In this document: piece after piece, positions 62,254 through 64,000 of the stretch
How the letters are laid out: the number at the start of each line of letters is the position of its first letter
Numbering within the stretch: position 1 is the stretch's first letter
NCBI RefSeq assembly: GCF_004010195.1
Contig: NC_057718.1
Coordinates: 15,869,309-15,933,308 of the forward strand
Direction of reading: 5' to 3'
Source: Chiloscyllium plagiosum
Lineage: Eukaryota
DNA length: 64,000 bases
Program-made: the position numbers and the translations under genes
Notes under the pieces: generated by a model
What the model was told of the DNA's origin: nothing
Database searches by the model: none
The model's input: the letters and a program-made list of their open reading frames with translations, nothing else

Positions 62254-63440
62254 AAATGAAGAATATTATAGAAAAGAGTTTGAGAATGCGTTTCACGGGA
62301 ATAGAAGGGATGATGGAGAAAAAAGAAATTCAAAAAGAAAATGCGGTGATGAAAGTACTCAGCTTTTAGAATGGTTTTTAAAGAGAAATCCTTATTCAAA
62401 AAAATTCTTGGATGTCTTCTGACAGGGATGCCTTTTGTTGTAATGATTGTTGTGTTGGACTGAATTGTGTGAATGGAAAAAGTCATGTAATTTTTTTTTC
62501 AAATGTTTGTTGAAGATTGTACAATAATGCAATATACAATGCATTATTGTTTTATAGTTTTTTTTAAATAAAAGAGGAATCTGTTAGTATCTAACTTTGT
62601 TAACAATATGCTAAATGTCTAAGAGTTAAAGGTAACAAAACAAACAAGTGTTGTGAACTAATTAGTTAATTGTATTCAAATATATAGTTTTTTTTGTTCT
62701 TTTACTTTAGTTAAGTTTTTGTTATCCCAAAAGTGCATTCATATATGAAGAAGTCAACCAGAAGTTGCTGTGTTTTATGGTATGTGGGTAATTAAAATAT
62801 AAGTGTGATTAGAAACTGTGTGCCTGGACTTTGCCTAAAAGCATTTAACACCTTATGTACAGCATGGGAATGCCTATGTATGCATTGATCCTGCAAAACA
62901 AATGGTAGGTGCAAATATAATGCTTCGGCTGTTGCTGCACCAGCATTTGCAAATCCTCGTGAACTTGTCTTCATCCACTAAATTGTGCAGGGAATTCCTC
63001 AAGAGATTTCCTTTTTCGGTATTTTGTTTAATGTTACCTTAAATTTGCAGCAACATGCAACAGTGCAGTAGGGGACAATATGTAAAATGAAATGTAAGAT
63101 ACAAAGATGGTCGTCTGCACAACTGTAAGAACTATTGTAAGAAGCAAAATGCAAATAACCTGAAAGCTTTTTCAGAAGTAAAAAGCACAAAGAGTATCAA
63201 CAACTCATTTAACATTATAAAGAAATGAGCCATACCAAGAAACTGCACAAGGGCATTATTTTAGTCACATAGAATATAATTTATGACTTTAATTAGAATT
63301 GTTTTCATGCTTTTCTGGGTCAGAAACATGACTGAGGAGATTCAAAGCTGATGTTGCAAGAAAGGTGATCATAAATTTGGGAGATGACAACTTGGGAGAT
63401 GACAATTTGGGAGATGACAACCATAAATTTGGGAGATGAG

Positions 63441-63534
63441 CCCTGAAGAAGGGCTCATGCCCGAAACGTCGATTCTCCTGCTCCTTGGATGCTGCCTGAC
63501 CTGCTGCGCTTTTCCAGCAACACATTTTCAGCTC
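63441..63534 (+). mobile_element. 94-bp PLE terminal insertion beginning at its hammerhead motif (63443-63470)
   Basis: CTGAAGA-A-GGGC(TCAT)GCCC-GAAA-CG-TC followed by the PLE tail; GAGATGA on both sides. Confidence 0.8.
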
Positions 63535-63559
63535 ATCAGAGATGACAACTTGAACAAGA

Positions 63560-64000
63560 ATCAGGTGGGCTGATGGGCCGAGGAGTGGCAGATGGAGTTT
63601 AATTTAGATAAATGTGAGGTGTTGCATTATGCTAAGGGAAATCAGGGCTGGATTTATAGTCTTAATGGTAGAGTCCTGGGGAATTGTTCATAGTTCCTTG
63701 AAGGTGGAATCACAGGTACACAGGGTGTTGAAAAAGGTGTTTGGCACACTTGCATTTATTGGTCAGTGAATTGACTTTAAGGGTTTGATGTCATGTTGAT
63801 GCTGTACAAGACATTGGTTAGGCCACTTTTTTGAATGTTGCATTCAATTCTGGTCTCCCTGCTATAGGAAAGATGTTGTTAAACTTGACAAGGTACAGAA
63901 AAGATTACAAGGATATTGCCAGGGTTAGAGGGTTTGAATTCTAGGGAGATGCTGGGGCTATTTTCCCTGGAGTGTCGGAGGCTGAGGGTCGACCTTGTAG
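63560..64000 (+). mobile_element. HER1/CR1 LINE fragment running off the window
   Basis: [17 protein letters not shown] and LYKTLVRPL...QFWSP; homologous to 48080-48540. Confidence 0.88.

Larger units (their letters stand above)
61385..62430 (+). pseudogene. Copia RNase H remnant, split by a HER1 insertion
   Basis: Left part gives FITFIVG...HCPLA and VPMEYNTNNYSLWKNVH. Right part gives MKNIIEKSLRM..G...MMEKKEI and STQLLEWFLKR...KKFLDV, a decayed QLADxxTK motif. Confidence 0.7.
55663..62864 (+). mobile_element. Decayed Ty1/Copia (GalEa-like) LTR retrotransposon with nested insertions
   Basis: 5' LTR split into 55663-~55755 and ~56865-57020; 3' LTR 62582-62864; TSD TAGGA/TGGGA; PBS CAGAGGATGGTT at 57029-57040. 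Then gag, protease LDSG at 58013-58024, RNase H as the last domain, and a PPT at 62566-62579. Confidence 0.82.

Overview
This is vertebrate genomic DNA, almost certainly from a shark or other elasmobranch (inferred from HE1-type V-SINEs, HER1/CR1 LINEs and a SacSINE1-like Deu-SINE). The only recognisable host gene is ZBTB18 (RP58/ZNF238; BTB domain plus four C2H2 fingers) on the minus strand. Its coding exon is 29855-31429, its 3'UTR is about 1.85 kb, and a CpG-rich promoter lies at about 32.5-33.6 kb, all inside an ~11 kb zone with no recognisable transposons. The flanks are mostly retroelement fossils: CR1/L2-group LINEs, SINEs, LTR remnants and Penelope-like elements (PLEs). Most interesting observations: (1) a heavily decayed Ty1/Copia (GalEa-like) LTR retrotransposon at 55663-62864, invisible in the ORF track and rebuilt by hand from its LTRs, near-perfect 5-bp TSD, tRNA-iMet PBS, gag, protease, terminal RNase H and PPT; (2) five minimal hammerhead-ribozyme motifs in PLE ends, plus a 24-nt and a 94-nt PLE micro-insertion; (3) a dense E-box cluster and a candidate splice-created uORF upstream of the ZBTB18 start; (4) a bidirectional-type promoter with a possible divergent spliced small ORF. 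No wholly new biological system can be demonstrated from sequence alone. Repeat boundaries are approximate and were read by eye; family names come from recalled consensus features, not database searches.
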